A stretch of DNA of 64,000 nt from positions 2,798 to 66,797 of the forward strand of contig JAHFKJ010000004.1 in NCBI GenBank assembly GCA_023245415.1, written 5' to 3'. Below are positions 48,631 through 59,274 of the stretch, in pieces (the stretch's first letter is position 1; each line of letters starts with the position of its first letter). The translations under genes and the position numbers were made by a program. Origin of the DNA: Candidatus Gottesmanbacteria bacterium. GTDB taxonomy: Bacteria; Patescibacteriota; Microgenomatia; UBA10105. A model generated the notes under the pieces. That model saw nothing but the letters and a program-made list of their open reading frames with translations, ran no database searches and was not told the DNA's origin.

Positions 48631-49320
48631 ATGAAGAGAAAACCTGCTCCCAAGATTTTCTTCCTTGTTTTGCTTGTTGCCTTAGGCTTGTATGCCTACA
48701 CCAATGTCCTCCCCTTTCATTTTTCCGGGCAAAATCCATTGGTTCCAGAGAATTTAACGGGTTATTATGACAAATCCTCAGAAAAAGGTGTTTGGCACGG
48801 CGAAGATGTCATGTCATATTATATTCCAGAACCTTCCAAAATCGCTAAAATATTGGGTACTTCCAGTGGTGCAGCCAAACGGATTGAGGTAGATCTAACA
48901 AATCAACATCTCTATGCCTATGAAGGAGATAAAAAAGTATTTGATTTTTTAGTTTCAACTGGTAAATGGGGCAAAACACCAACCGGGACTTTTAACATCT
49001 GGATTAAACTGCGCGCTACCCGCATGTCAGGTGGAAATAGCGCACTGGGTACATATTATAATCTGCCGAATGTCCCATATGTGATGTTTTTTGCAAATAA
49101 TGAGGTCGACCGTTCCCGTGGATATAGTCTTCACGGTACCTATTGGCACAGTAATTTTGGCCACCCAATGAGTCACGGGTGCGTGAATATGCGTACCGAA
49201 GACGCGGAAAAAATGTATTATTGGGCAGACCCTAATTTAAACGGCAAACCTTCAATTTCGGCATCGACCGATAACCCCGGCACTCCAGTCATCATCTACG
49301 GCACAGCCCCGGCGGAATAG
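48631..49320 (+). CDS. L,D-transpeptidase (YkuD)
   Basis: VDLTNQHL..VSTG..TPTG; HGTYWH...SHGCVNM. Confidence 0.9.
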   Translation: MKRKPAPKIFFLVLLVALGLYAYTNVLPFHFSGQNPLVPENLTGYYDKSSEKGVWHGEDVMSYYIPEPSKIAKILGTSSGAAKRIEVDLTNQHLYAYEGDKKVFDFLVSTGKWGKTPTGTFNIWIKLRATRMSGGNSALGTYYNLPNVPYVMFFANNEVDRSRGYSLHGTYWHSNFGHPMSHGCVNMRTEDAEKMYYWADPNLNGKPSISASTDNPGTPVIIYGTAPAE

Positions 49321-49342
49321 GTAATATGCTATCATCGGTAGT

Positions 49343-50479
49343 ATGAAACCAAAAACCTCAGCAGAACTAGCTGCCGAAATTCCTTTCCAAATTCGGCAAG
49401 ATTTAGAACGAGGCGATAAAATCCTTTTCTATACCCAGGGAAAATTCGGTATGCCCAAATTTCTGGTCATATTATATCTGGTTATCGGCTTATATTGCAC
49501 CATTGGAATTGGTACCATAGCTGCTTTTAACTATCAGGATTTACCTTTGTGGGGAGATCTACTTCTAGTCTTATTTTTCGGTTTCGGACTTGTTTTGCTG
49601 CATGGTGGCATAAGATCTTTTAAGAAACCGCTGTTTGCTATAGGCGAGACACATCTATTTACCATCATCGATGACCAAATCGAAAAAAAGACGTGGCGCA
49701 GTTTCTTGGCTGATTTTGTCGTATCTGGAAAGACTGGCAATTTTACTATCAGCCTAAAACATGATCCTGGATTTTCCTCAAGTGTATTTAGAGATTATCT
49801 CGTTGGTGTCAATATCTCCTTATCTCAAATTGGAATGATCGCCGATAGACTTCTCATGCAGGGAGAAAAATCGGATAACATTCTTTCTGCTTCATCATCA
49901 CCACTAATCCCCACTGAATTACAAAGTGTTGTTGATGGGTCAACCCTGGATTTTGTCGTCTCTGCAAATAAATCCTATCCATCTATTGAAATTTATTTTT
50001 TTGTTTTTATTGGCATTTTAATGAGCAGCTTCTCTGGCATCATTCTTATTGCTTTATTTTCTATAATTCATCAAAAACCGCTAGTTTTATCAATTGTCAT
50101 CGTTTGCTTTATTTTGCCATTCTTGGCCTTTTCTCTAACCATATTAACCTGGGGAATAAAGGAATTTTTCAACTCGAAAATATCTATATATAGCACTATT
50201 CTTGGCATTTATTTCCATAAACCCGGATCTATTCGAATTGTAGGCTGGTCCGAAATGTTCAGCGCGGCAGTTAAAAAGCCATTATTCGGTACATCCTATA
50301 TACTCTTGCGCGGATCATATGAAAATAATGCTGGTAGACTTCAAGGAATACATCATGATTATCTCTACCTCTACCTAAAACCAAATGACCTTCATGTTTT
50401 AGAAAAAATTAAACAGAGAATAGAGGAAAATAAGCACAAAAAAACTTATGTCGTTTCAGATCAAGTATTGGCAGTATAA
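49343..50479 (+). CDS. Hypothetical membrane protein (two 2-TM modules)
   Basis: Internal duplication of a 2-TM plus soluble unit. Confidence 0.6.
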   Translation: MKPKTSAELAAEIPFQIRQDLERGDKILFYTQGKFGMPKFLVILYLVIGLYCTIGIGTIAAFNYQDLPLWGDLLLVLFFGFGLVLLHGGIRSFKKPLFAIGETHLFTIIDDQIEKKTWRSFLADFVVSGKTGNFTISLKHDPGFSSSVFRDYLVGVNISLSQIGMIADRLLMQGEKSDNILSASSSPLIPTELQSVVDGSTLDFVVSANKSYPSIEIYFFVFIGILMSSFSGIILIALFSIIHQKPLVLSIVIVCFILPFLAFSLTILTWGIKEFFNSKISIYSTILGIYFHKPGSIRIVGWSEMFSAAVKKPLFGTSYILLRGSYENNAGRLQGIHHDYLYLYLKPNDLHVLEKIKQRIEENKHKKTYVVSDQVLAV

Positions 50480-50484
50480 TTAAT

Positions 50485-51093
50485 ATGAAAAACTTTGTTT
50501 GGATTTTCACTATATTTGTAGTCGCCATCGCCATATGCTTTTTTTCCCAAGGTTTTGTCTTTGACTCGTTGACTCCCCAGAACTACCAACTCGGAATAAT
50601 CTTCCTAGCTATTCCTGGATTTTTGCTGGCTGCAGCATTCATAAGTATCCTTGTAGCTTACGTTTGGCTTGCATTTATCAAAAAGACGGTTCACAATCCA
50701 GCCCCTCGGAACAAATTATCAAAACTTTTTGCATTAATCTTCATTTTATTTTTGTCCAGTATTGCAAGTTACGGTGCGTGGAAAGAAATCAAACAATTAT
50801 TCGATCAGCCTACGGAAATTAGCGGCAGCTGCCATTTATCCCGCGTTGAAAGAGTTATCACAGGAAGAAGGCCCGGACTAACTATAGGTAATTCTTCCTC
50901 ATATTTTATCTCCATAGACAACATCAAATACAAATCTTCATTTCCCAGATGGTTCTCTCTTTCTCCCAAACTAAGAGCATGCGAATTTGAAACTGATGGA
51001 TGTCCATGTATTTATCCGCAAATTAAAGCCATCGTTTTACCCCGAAACAAAATTATTTTGAACTATACTCCCGTTCAATATTATTCCAGGTAA
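50485..51093 (+). CDS. Hypothetical membrane protein
   Basis: Three TMs plus a Cys-containing C-terminal domain. Confidence 0.6.
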   Translation: MKNFVWIFTIFVVAIAICFFSQGFVFDSLTPQNYQLGIIFLAIPGFLLAAAFISILVAYVWLAFIKKTVHNPAPRNKLSKLFALIFILFLSSIASYGAWKEIKQLFDQPTEISGSCHLSRVERVITGRRPGLTIGNSSSYFISIDNIKYKSSFPRWFSLSPKLRACEFETDGCPCIYPQIKAIVLPRNKIILNYTPVQYYSR

Positions 51094-52187
51094 TCTTTCA
51101 ATTTTTTGCTTCTCGTAGGATGTCTGAGCTTCCGCAGAGCTTTAGCTTCAATTTGACGAATGCGTTCGCGGGTGACATTAAATTCTTTGCCCACTTCTTC
51201 GAGTGTTCGCGGGCGACCATTTTCAAGTCCAAATCTTAATATTAAGACACGCTTTTCCCGATCGGTAAGTGTATTGAGCACTTCTTCCATGTGCTCCTTT
51301 AATAACTGACGCGAAGTGGAATCATACGGAGAAGGAGCTGACGTATCCTGGATAAAATCACCCAAATGCGAATCTTCTTCATCACCTACCGGCGTTTCCA
51401 ATGATGTAGGTTCCTGAGAAACTTTGATAATTTCCCGCACTTTCTCTACATCTACTTCCATGACTTTGGCTACTTCTTCCGGTAATGGTTCACGACCCAG
51501 TTCCTGCATGAGTTTACGCGAGGCACGTATAAAACGGTTGATCGTTTCCACCATGTGGACCGGAATACGAATAGTTCTGGCTTGATCGGCAATTGCCCGG
51601 GTGATCGCCTGTCTGATCCACCATGTGGCATAGGTGGAAAATTTGTAGCCTTTGCGCCAGTCATATTTTTCAACTGCACGAATAAGTCCCTGATTGCCTT
51701 CCTGGATTAAATCCAAAAGACTCATCCCCCGACCGATATATTTTTTGGCGATTGAAACTACCAGACGTAAATTCGATTCGATAAGTTTCTTTTTGGCGCG
51801 CATGTCGTTTTTTTCATAGCGCTTGGCCAAATCAACTTCCTGTTCAAAGGTAAGCAGAGGGACGCGTCCAATTTCTTTAAGATACATGCGTACCGGATCT
51901 GAAATTGCTGCATGATCCAATTTCGCGAGCGATTCGAGCTCTTTTTCCAGACTTGCCACACTCTGTGTCAATTCTTTTTCGTCTTCCTGACTGGTCGTTT
52001 CAAATACATCAATTCCCAAATTGATCAGTTTATCAAACAACTGATCCAGTTCTTTGAGATGAATTTCAGGTTTCGGATACACTTCAAGTATCTCATCCTG
52101 GGTCAAAAACCCATTGTCTTTACCTGTTTTGATAAGATCTTTGATCGAGGTGATAGTTTTGGATTTTGTTGTCATAGTTACATACAA
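51081..52187 (-). CDS. rpoD: RNA polymerase primary sigma factor
   Basis: [47 protein letters not shown]. Confidence 0.97.
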   Translation of the reverse strand: MYVTMTTKSKTITSIKDLIKTGKDNGFLTQDEILEVYPKPEIHLKELDQLFDKLINLGIDVFETTSQEDEKELTQSVASLEKELESLAKLDHAAISDPVRMYLKEIGRVPLLTFEQEVDLAKRYEKNDMRAKKKLIESNLRLVVSIAKKYIGRGMSLLDLIQEGNQGLIRAVEKYDWRKGYKFSTYATWWIRQAITRAIADQARTIRIPVHMVETINRFIRASRKLMQELGREPLPEEVAKVMEVDVEKVREIIKVSQEPTSLETPVGDEEDSHLGDFIQDTSAPSPYDSTSRQLLKEHMEEVLNTLTDREKRVLILRFGLENGRPRTLEEVGKEFNVTRERIRQIEAKALRKLRHPTRSKKLKDYLE

Positions 52188-52239
52188 AATAAAGGGAAGT
52201 ACCTTTTGTTAGAAGAGTTCCCCTATTTCGTATTATATA

Positions 52240-54003
52240 CTACATGAGTTGTTTTAGGCTAGAAGAGGTAGATTTTAACTCCGCGTTCAATTTCGTCAGC
52301 TTTGCTTCATCTTCCACTCTCTCTGCTTCATGCATATGAGTCGTTAGTTCTTTCATTATCCTGCGCAGATTGCTTTCTTTGATATGCAAAACCGTCTTTT
52401 CAAGTTCTTTTTCCCAATTTTCACGGGTGACATGAGTCAAATCACTTAAATAAGCGCTGTCAAAACCCGAGACCAATTCTTGAGGCAAAGTACTGGCAAA
52501 TTCAGCAATGATAATTTGCTCATGTTCCGACTCATAATCAATCAGCAGAATGCAGACTTTCTTAATGGCTATTTGCGTCAAATCAGACGGATCAATGTGC
52601 TCACATACGCGAACTAACGCTGAAGCCACATTTTCTGCTTGAACTATTAATGCCAGCATATGCTCTTCAAGAATCTGTTCGTGCGACTTCACAACTGGAT
52701 TCTGAACTTGAGTCGTTTTGTGCAATATTGGCTGCCGGAATTTTTTCAGAGCCTCACTCATTTTGTCTTCAGACACTGCAAGTTTAACACTCAATATTTT
52801 TATGTAATGTGCCTGAACGATCGGATTTTCGATTCGAGCAATGACAGGCAATATTTCATCGCTGATGCGTTTTTTGCCATATGGATCGTCGACCGCAAAG
52901 CGCTTACAGGCAGAACTGATCATAAAATCAAAATAGACAATTGCCTCCTGTACGGCCTTTTTCCACATGGAAGCATTTTCCCGGGCAGCTTCATCCGGAT
53001 CTTTACCAACCAGTGTTTCTACGACACGAATTTCAAATCCGGCTTTGTCAGCAATTTCTATTCCACGTCTGGTGGCTGCGTCGCCGGCTACATCCGCGTC
53101 TAGAGCCAAAACTAAACGGTCTGTAAATCGTTTTAGCAAATGAACCTGTGCATCAGTTAAGGCTGAACCTTTGATGGCAACCACATTCGTTACTCCTGAA
53201 TGATATGAAGAAATCAAATCAAATTCTCCTTCCACCACTACGCACGCATTCTGTTTACGGATCATTTCTTTAGTAATATGTATTCCATACAGAGTTTCGC
53301 CTTTGGTATAGAGCGGAGTTTCAGGAGAATTAATATATTTTGCTTCTTTAGGATAAGTTTCAAAAACTCTGCCGGAAAAAGCAATCGTTTCGCTGCGGAT
53401 ATTCTTGATCGGAAACATGATCCGGCTGCGAAAACGATCGTATACGCCAACTCTACCAGAAATTGATAATCCAGATTTAACTAGTTCATCGTTGGTGTAA
53501 CCTTTTTTACGTAAAAAAAGACTTAAGTTATCCCAGGATGTCGGCGCAAAACCGAGTTGAAATGTGGCAATAAGTAAATCAGTTATACCGCGCTGTTTTA
53601 AATACAGACGGGCGCGCTCGCCAACTCTGTGTTTGGTAAGTAAGTAATGATAATATTCCTGAGCCAAATGCTGCATTTCCAATAATTTTTCTTTTAACTC
53701 ACTCGTTGGACTTCCTGCCGGACGACTTTGCAGTTTTACTCCTGTTCTGTCAGCAAGTATTTTTAAGGCTTCGGGAAATTCAAGCCGTTCCATCTCCATT
53801 AGGAAAGTAAAGACGTCGCCTGATTTTTGACACCCAAAACATTTCCAAATATTCCGTTCAGGCGAAACCACAAATGAGGGGGTTTTTTCGCTGTGAAACG
53901 GGCATAAGCCTTTGAAGTTTCTGCCATATCGTTTCAAGGACATCGTTTCCCCGATATAATCAACCACATTCAAGCGTTCTTTTATTTGATCTAATTCATT
54001 CAT
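52240..54003 (-). CDS. dnaG: DNA primase
   Basis: CPFHSEKTPSF..CFGC zinc finger, KYINSPET, VEGEFD, LDADVAG. Confidence 0.97.
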   Translation of the reverse strand: MNELDQIKERLNVVDYIGETMSLKRYGRNFKGLCPFHSEKTPSFVVSPERNIWKCFGCQKSGDVFTFLMEMERLEFPEALKILADRTGVKLQSRPAGSPTSELKEKLLEMQHLAQEYYHYLLTKHRVGERARLYLKQRGITDLLIATFQLGFAPTSWDNLSLFLRKKGYTNDELVKSGLSISGRVGVYDRFRSRIMFPIKNIRSETIAFSGRVFETYPKEAKYINSPETPLYTKGETLYGIHITKEMIRKQNACVVVEGEFDLISSYHSGVTNVVAIKGSALTDAQVHLLKRFTDRLVLALDADVAGDAATRRGIEIADKAGFEIRVVETLVGKDPDEAARENASMWKKAVQEAIVYFDFMISSACKRFAVDDPYGKKRISDEILPVIARIENPIVQAHYIKILSVKLAVSEDKMSEALKKFRQPILHKTTQVQNPVVKSHEQILEEHMLALIVQAENVASALVRVCEHIDPSDLTQIAIKKVCILLIDYESEHEQIIIAEFASTLPQELVSGFDSAYLSDLTHVTRENWEKELEKTVLHIKESNLRRIMKELTTHMHEAERVEDEAKLTKLNAELKSTSSSLKQLM

Positions 54004-54066
54004 ATGGCTAAATATGCAGGCTAATTGTAGTGTGAGTCCAAATGAATCACAAGCTAAGGTATTGAT

Positions 54067-55728
54067 CTAAAGTGAAGGGATAATTTTCTTTTTTTGGAGT
54101 TCAACGATTTGAAAATCCGGATCGTTGTTGGGATAGTAGATAGTCTTCAGAGTTCTGATAAATCGCAAGTTTTGGGGCAAAAGTGAATCCTGGGTAAATC
54201 TTCCATCAGCCACATACACAAAACGGTCAGGCAACTCATCTGTGAGATTCTTAATATCTGAAATAAAATGCCATTTGCCGATGCGATTCACATGCACCCA
54301 ATTCTGTTCGCCTGTCGGTCGATCGACATCTATGCCCTGTTGGTAAGCACGCGGATCAGAACGCATATAAAAAAGGTAGTATATATATAGTTGTTCAAAA
54401 CTCAAAGCTTGAGGTGCCACCACTATCGCTTCATAAGAACTTTCGAGCGATCGAAGACTACTGTATACATCCCGAAATCCATAAAATGCGAGAGGGCTTT
54501 GGACATAGGGAAAATACGCCGTATAGTCGACCCAAAATCGAGCTACTAAAACTGCTATAACTGTGATATATCCGGCATTCAATAATTTTAACCTTTGCCA
54601 TGAAAAAAGCCAGACGAGTCCAACTGCGCTAAAAATGTAAGGCAGCGGCAAAAGAGTCAACATTCGCCAAATATGGCCGCTGCTGGCAAGACTACCGGGA
54701 ATCCCATACAAAATTGTCCACAACAGTAGTATTCGGGGAAACTTGTGTGCATAGACAAGTTTGACAATCCCAATGACGATAAGCGGCAATTCAAAAATAT
54801 AGAGTAAACCCCAATTGTCAGGCATGCCGGATAAACCCAATTTGGATCCATTGACAAATAATGTCGGAGTCGAAAAATGTTCGCTGTAATTGCGGGCGAT
54901 TTCATAAACGCGCTCGCTGAATTTATTGTATGTAATCCGGCAAACTATCTTCGGATACACAGTCTCACAGGCACCCCGATGTTCATTGATCCGATTGACA
55001 AAACCGATCCGATCGACTGCTGTTGCCTGACGAAATCGTATGAAAAGCGCCGGATCAAAAAAATATACCGACAGGCCAATTAATTGAATGGCCATAAACA
55101 CCGCTGTCATTTTCTTGTTTTTGAAGATTTCCCTGCGGCAAACGACACATAATCCAAAGATAAAAAAAACGGTAAAAACTACATAGTTAAAATAAGTAAA
55201 ATAGGTCAAGGAAAAACATATACCTGAAACAACTAATAATTTCGGCTTTTGTAATGAAGTTAAGAAAAAATAAATACCAAATATAAACAAGGTCACGCCC
55301 CAATTGACATCTACACCATACCTTCCGAGACAGACATGCCAGGGCGATATGGCTAATAAAAATGCAGCAGTCAGGGCAATTCTTTTATGGTTAAACAACT
55401 TTTGCGCAACAAGATATGTTCCATAAACCGCTACTATACCGGCAATTGCAAAAGGAAACCGAACTGCAAATTCGGTCAGACCAAAAATTGCGATCGACGG
55501 GACGATAAGATATGAGCCGAGTGCCAGTTTGTACCCGCCGGTTTCACGGAAAATAAGCGGCAACGCAACTCCCCATTCATCCCGACCGGTTTTGAGAATC
55601 GAGTAAGCATTCCAACCGCTGCTGACTTCTTCAGGAATGAAGCCGTTGGGGATCTGACCCAAATTCCACAAGCGCAAGAATGCGGCCAAAATAAGAATAC
55701 TTAAGAGCCAGAAATTAAATTTATTCAC
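54067..55728 (-). CDS. GT39/ArnT-like membrane glycosyltransferase
   Basis: LRLWNL...EE...AYSILKTGRDEWG; AVRFP; SPWH. Confidence 0.85.
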   Translation of the reverse strand: MNKFNFWLLSILILAAFLRLWNLGQIPNGFIPEEVSSGWNAYSILKTGRDEWGVALPLIFRETGGYKLALGSYLIVPSIAIFGLTEFAVRFPFAIAGIVAVYGTYLVAQKLFNHKRIALTAAFLLAISPWHVCLGRYGVDVNWGVTLFIFGIYFFLTSLQKPKLLVVSGICFSLTYFTYFNYVVFTVFFIFGLCVVCRREIFKNKKMTAVFMAIQLIGLSVYFFDPALFIRFRQATAVDRIGFVNRINEHRGACETVYPKIVCRITYNKFSERVYEIARNYSEHFSTPTLFVNGSKLGLSGMPDNWGLLYIFELPLIVIGIVKLVYAHKFPRILLLWTILYGIPGSLASSGHIWRMLTLLPLPYIFSAVGLVWLFSWQRLKLLNAGYITVIAVLVARFWVDYTAYFPYVQSPLAFYGFRDVYSSLRSLESSYEAIVVAPQALSFEQLYIYYLFYMRSDPRAYQQGIDVDRPTGEQNWVHVNRIGKWHFISDIKNLTDELPDRFVYVADGRFTQDSLLPQNLRFIRTLKTIYYPNNDPDFQIVELQKKKIIPSL

Positions 55729-55769
55729 ATCAATGAAATTTTTTTATCCAGGATCCTAAAATCTGCTAC

Positions 55770-56450
55770 TTACGAATACAATTCTTTTATTAAATTAAAT
55801 ATAAATTTCACCCCCATAACAGTTTTTAATTTTGACTGACCCCAACCCCTGGCTTTTTCGCGGCTGGGAATTTCAACCAGTGAAAAGCCTTTTTTTAAAC
55901 ATTTCACTACCATTTCCTGCTCAATCCCAAAATCATTTGCTGTTAGTCCCATTTTTAGTGCACTGCTTTTGCGTACACTGCGAAAACTATACAATACATC
56001 GGATAATTTCGTCCCGAAGCGTTTATTTACCAAATATGCTAAAAAGTCTGATCCGCCGGAACGCAAAATTCCCGCAAAATCCATATTTAAATCATAACTG
56101 CCACCCAGTCTCCGGGACCCGATCACCATGTCTGCTTTGCCTGATTTGATTGGGGCGATAAAACGGGGAATGTCACGCGATTCATGCGACCCATCAGCAT
56201 CAAATAAAACCACAACATCATACTGAGCTTTTTCTATACCCAGACGCACACCGTCACCTCTGCCTTTACCATGGTCTAAAGAGTACGCGACTCGTTGCTT
56301 TTCACAAATTGAGCGCGTGTTGTCTGTAGAATGTCCATCTATCACCATCACCTCATCTGCATAGGGTCTCACTTGATTTAGAATTTGTGCCAATCCTTCG
56401 CCTTCGTTTTTTGTCGGGATTACGACAGTCACACCATTTTTTTTCACCAT
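55770..56450 (-). CDS. GT2 glycosyltransferase (Dpm1-like)
   Basis: IPTKNE, DGHSTDNT, DADGSH, GSR. Confidence 0.9.
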   Translation of the reverse strand: MVKKNGVTVVIPTKNEGEGLAQILNQVRPYADEVMVIDGHSTDNTRSICEKQRVAYSLDHGKGRGDGVRLGIEKAQYDVVVLFDADGSHESRDIPRFIAPIKSGKADMVIGSRRLGGSYDLNMDFAGILRSGGSDFLAYLVNKRFGTKLSDVLYSFRSVRKSSALKMGLTANDFGIEQEMVVKCLKKGFSLVEIPSREKARGWGQSKLKTVMGVKFIFNLIKELYS

Positions 56451-56506
56451 AAAGTTTTCCCATTATAGCATTCTCAACTACCAACCTCATGTTATAATCG
56501 GTACTT

Positions 56507-57712
56507 ATGCCGTATAAACCAAAAACACAAATAGGTGTCGGAGATGTAGATATCTCTCCACTGGCATATCGTTATATCAAAGAAATTTTGGATACCCGGC
56601 GCATCACCTACGGCAAATTTATTTCCCAATTTGAACGCGAAACTGCCCGAATTCACAAGATAAAATTTGCCATTTTTTGCAACAGCGGTACAAGTGCACT
56701 GCAAGTCGCTCTGCACGCGCTTAAAAAAAACTTTGGCTGGCAAGACGGCGATGAAGTGATTGTACCGGCGCTTACATTTGTCGCGACGGTCAATATTGTT
56801 TTGCAGAATAATCTAACTCCGGTATTTGTCGACGTCGAACCGGATTATTTTATGCTGGATGTGGAAAAGTTGGCCGCTGTAATCACGCCAAAAACGCGCT
56901 GCATCATCCCCGTGCATATCGGCGGCCAGCCGGCGGATATGGATCCGATTTTGAAATTAGCGAGAATTCATGGGCTAAAAATAATAGAAGATTCCTGCGA
57001 AACCATGTTTGCCAAATATTTGGGAAAACCGGTGGGTTCCTGGGGGGATTTTTCCTGTTTTTCGACATATGCAGCCCACACACTTGTAACTGGCGTGGGT
57101 GGATTTATTTGCACGAGCGATCAGGGATTGGCGATCAAAGCTAAAAGTCTCGTCAATCATGGACGCGACGGAATTTATTTGCATATCGATGATGATAAAA
57201 ATAAAAAAAATCAGCATCTTTTCAAAATTGTCGATCGCCGGTTCCGTTTCGAAGATGTCGGTTATAGTTATCGGGCCACGGAGTTTGAAGGTGCTCTGGG
57301 ATTGGCGCAAATAAAAAATTGGAAAAAAATTGTTTCCAAAAGACAGTTAAATGCTAAGTATTTAAGTCAGGGACTTAAAGGTCTGCAGCAATTTCTGCAG
57401 CTACCTCAGATCCGCACTAATTCAGAACATATTTTTATGTTTTTCCCATTGGTGATGAAAAATGATCGCATCAAACGATCAAAGCTGATTTATTTTTTGG
57501 AAAAAAATTTAATTGAGACCCGCTATTTATTGCCGTTATTGAACCAACCAGTCTATAAAAAAATTTTTGGGGATATAGAAAACAAATATCCGATTGCAAA
57601 AATGCTGGCGCGTCGGGGTTTTTATATCGGCTGCCAACCTAGTTTGACTAAGAAGCAACTTGACTATGTTATAGCTACATTCCACGCTTTTTTTGCCAAG
57701 TATCAAAATTGA
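56507..57712 (+). CDS. DegT/DnrJ/EryC1/StrS-family PLP enzyme (His in place of catalytic Lys)
   Basis: NSGTSAL, TFVAT, EDSCE, FSTYAAH..TGVGG. Confidence 0.85.
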   Translation: MPYKPKTQIGVGDVDISPLAYRYIKEILDTRRITYGKFISQFERETARIHKIKFAIFCNSGTSALQVALHALKKNFGWQDGDEVIVPALTFVATVNIVLQNNLTPVFVDVEPDYFMLDVEKLAAVITPKTRCIIPVHIGGQPADMDPILKLARIHGLKIIEDSCETMFAKYLGKPVGSWGDFSCFSTYAAHTLVTGVGGFICTSDQGLAIKAKSLVNHGRDGIYLHIDDDKNKKNQHLFKIVDRRFRFEDVGYSYRATEFEGALGLAQIKNWKKIVSKRQLNAKYLSQGLKGLQQFLQLPQIRTNSEHIFMFFPLVMKNDRIKRSKLIYFLEKNLIETRYLLPLLNQPVYKKIFGDIENKYPIAKMLARRGFYIGCQPSLTKKQLDYVIATFHAFFAKYQN

Positions 57713-57719
57713 CCTGAAT

Positions 57720-58244
57720 TTACGAATATACTTGAGGATGAAGAAATGTAGCCAGAGCAAAAGCCACTCCATGCACCATGCCAGATGTACGCGTTACCAC
57801 ACCTTTTGTCATCAGACCAAACATCCCAATGCTTTCACCAATTTTTTCGGTGCCAAATAAATGATCAATTGCCTGTTCTAATGTTTCACCTTGATGAATA
57901 CGCTTGATCACTTGGTCCGGTAATACCAACCCGCCAGATGCACCAACTCCAATCTTTCCCAGTTTATTTATAATCACGACAAGCGAATGTTCAAACCAGC
58001 CAAATTCATGTTGGTGCAACCCACCTTCAATACCGACACCAAAATCCGCATATTTAATCTGATTAATCCCTCCCCGGGCCCGGTTTAAGGCTCCCCGGTA
58101 AGTTTCAATTTCCGTCAGCGGCTGCTCACTCACTCCGGAACTTACCTGAATTCCCGTAACTTTAAGCACGGGAAAATGTTTGCGAAACACAAATCTCACG
58201 GCATTGATTTTGGTTTTATTCGTCGAACCCACTGCAACTAACAT
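57720..58244 (-). CDS. yjjX: Non-canonical purine NTP phosphatase (inosine/xanthosine triphosphatase)
   Basis: VGSTNKTKI, SGVSEQP, GALNRA, GIEGG, G.LTKG..TR. Confidence 0.85.
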   Translation of the reverse strand: MLVAVGSTNKTKINAVRFVFRKHFPVLKVTGIQVSSGVSEQPLTEIETYRGALNRARGGINQIKYADFGVGIEGGLHQHEFGWFEHSLVVIINKLGKIGVGASGGLVLPDQVIKRIHQGETLEQAIDHLFGTEKIGESIGMFGLMTKGVVTRTSGMVHGVAFALATFLHPQVYS

Positions 58245-58329
58245 AAATTTAAAACTCCCCAACTACAGAAATCCCAAATCGTAAAAAAAGTGAATTTTAT
58301 TAAATTAGTCTGGTGTTTTCTAATCCATG

Positions 58330-59124
58330 TTATTCTACTAACTTAAGTAATTCACCATGTAAATTTTCCGCGGCGGCGATTGAAGTAAAATTACGGGAGT
58401 AATTTTGGGGTGTAGAGGTAAAATCAAGCTGCTGGCCCTGGATATCCGTATACTTCCCACCGGCTTCCCCAACCAAGAGAAATGGCGCGGCATTGTCCCA
58501 GATTTTAGAGGTTTGGTTTAAGTAAGCGCCAAATTTTCCTGTTGCGACTGCGCAATAATCAAAAACGCTGTTGGTGGTGCGGAGATTGCGCGTATGTCTA
58601 ACTAACCGGTTAATCAATTTTACTTCCTGCTCGGTTTTTCCTTGTTCATCTGTAAAATCAATTCCGTAACTGACTAAAACGTTGGTTAAATTATTTTCTG
58701 TTGTCACGTGGATTGGCTGATGATTACAAAATGCGCCTTTCCCTTTTTCCGCTAAATAAAGCTCGTCCTGGATCGACAAATATATTCCCGCGCATTCTGG
58801 GTGCCAATTTTTAAGTTGAGCTATCATCACCCCAAACCAAGGTAGACCAGCGGCAAAATTAGAACTGCCATCAAGTGGATCTATGATCCAAACCGTATCG
58901 TTTGACTTACTTTGAAACCCGCTTTCTTCGGCAATAATCGAATCATTTGGAAAATGTTTTTCAATTTGGCCAATAATAAAATACTCACTTTCCCAATCAA
59001 CCTGGGTCATGATGTTACTCTGGTTTTCTTTGACTTCAATTTCTCTAATATTATGAAAACCGTGGCGAACTATCTTTCCAGCTTGTTTAAGAGTTTGTGA
59101 AATAAAATCGATTGGCAATATCAT
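58330..59124 (-). CDS. suhB: Inositol monophosphatase family
   Basis: EESG..WIIDPLDGS.NF; WDNAA...EAGG. Confidence 0.85.
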   Translation of the reverse strand: MILPIDFISQTLKQAGKIVRHGFHNIREIEVKENQSNIMTQVDWESEYFIIGQIEKHFPNDSIIAEESGFQSKSNDTVWIIDPLDGSSNFAAGLPWFGVMIAQLKNWHPECAGIYLSIQDELYLAEKGKGAFCNHQPIHVTTENNLTNVLVSYGIDFTDEQGKTEQEVKLINRLVRHTRNLRTTNSVFDYCAVATGKFGAYLNQTSKIWDNAAPFLLVGEAGGKYTDIQGQQLDFTSTPQNYSRNFTSIAAAENLHGELLKLVE

Positions 59125-59274
59125 TTAATTCTTAAATTATAAATCTTTTGAGATTTACTGACCCGACCAACGCCAACATATTACCGGCAATTGAATTTGA
59201 TTATCAAGATCCGGACTAGACGATTTATCTATTCATTTAGAAATTTATAGTTTATACTAAATTTATTAGTCATT

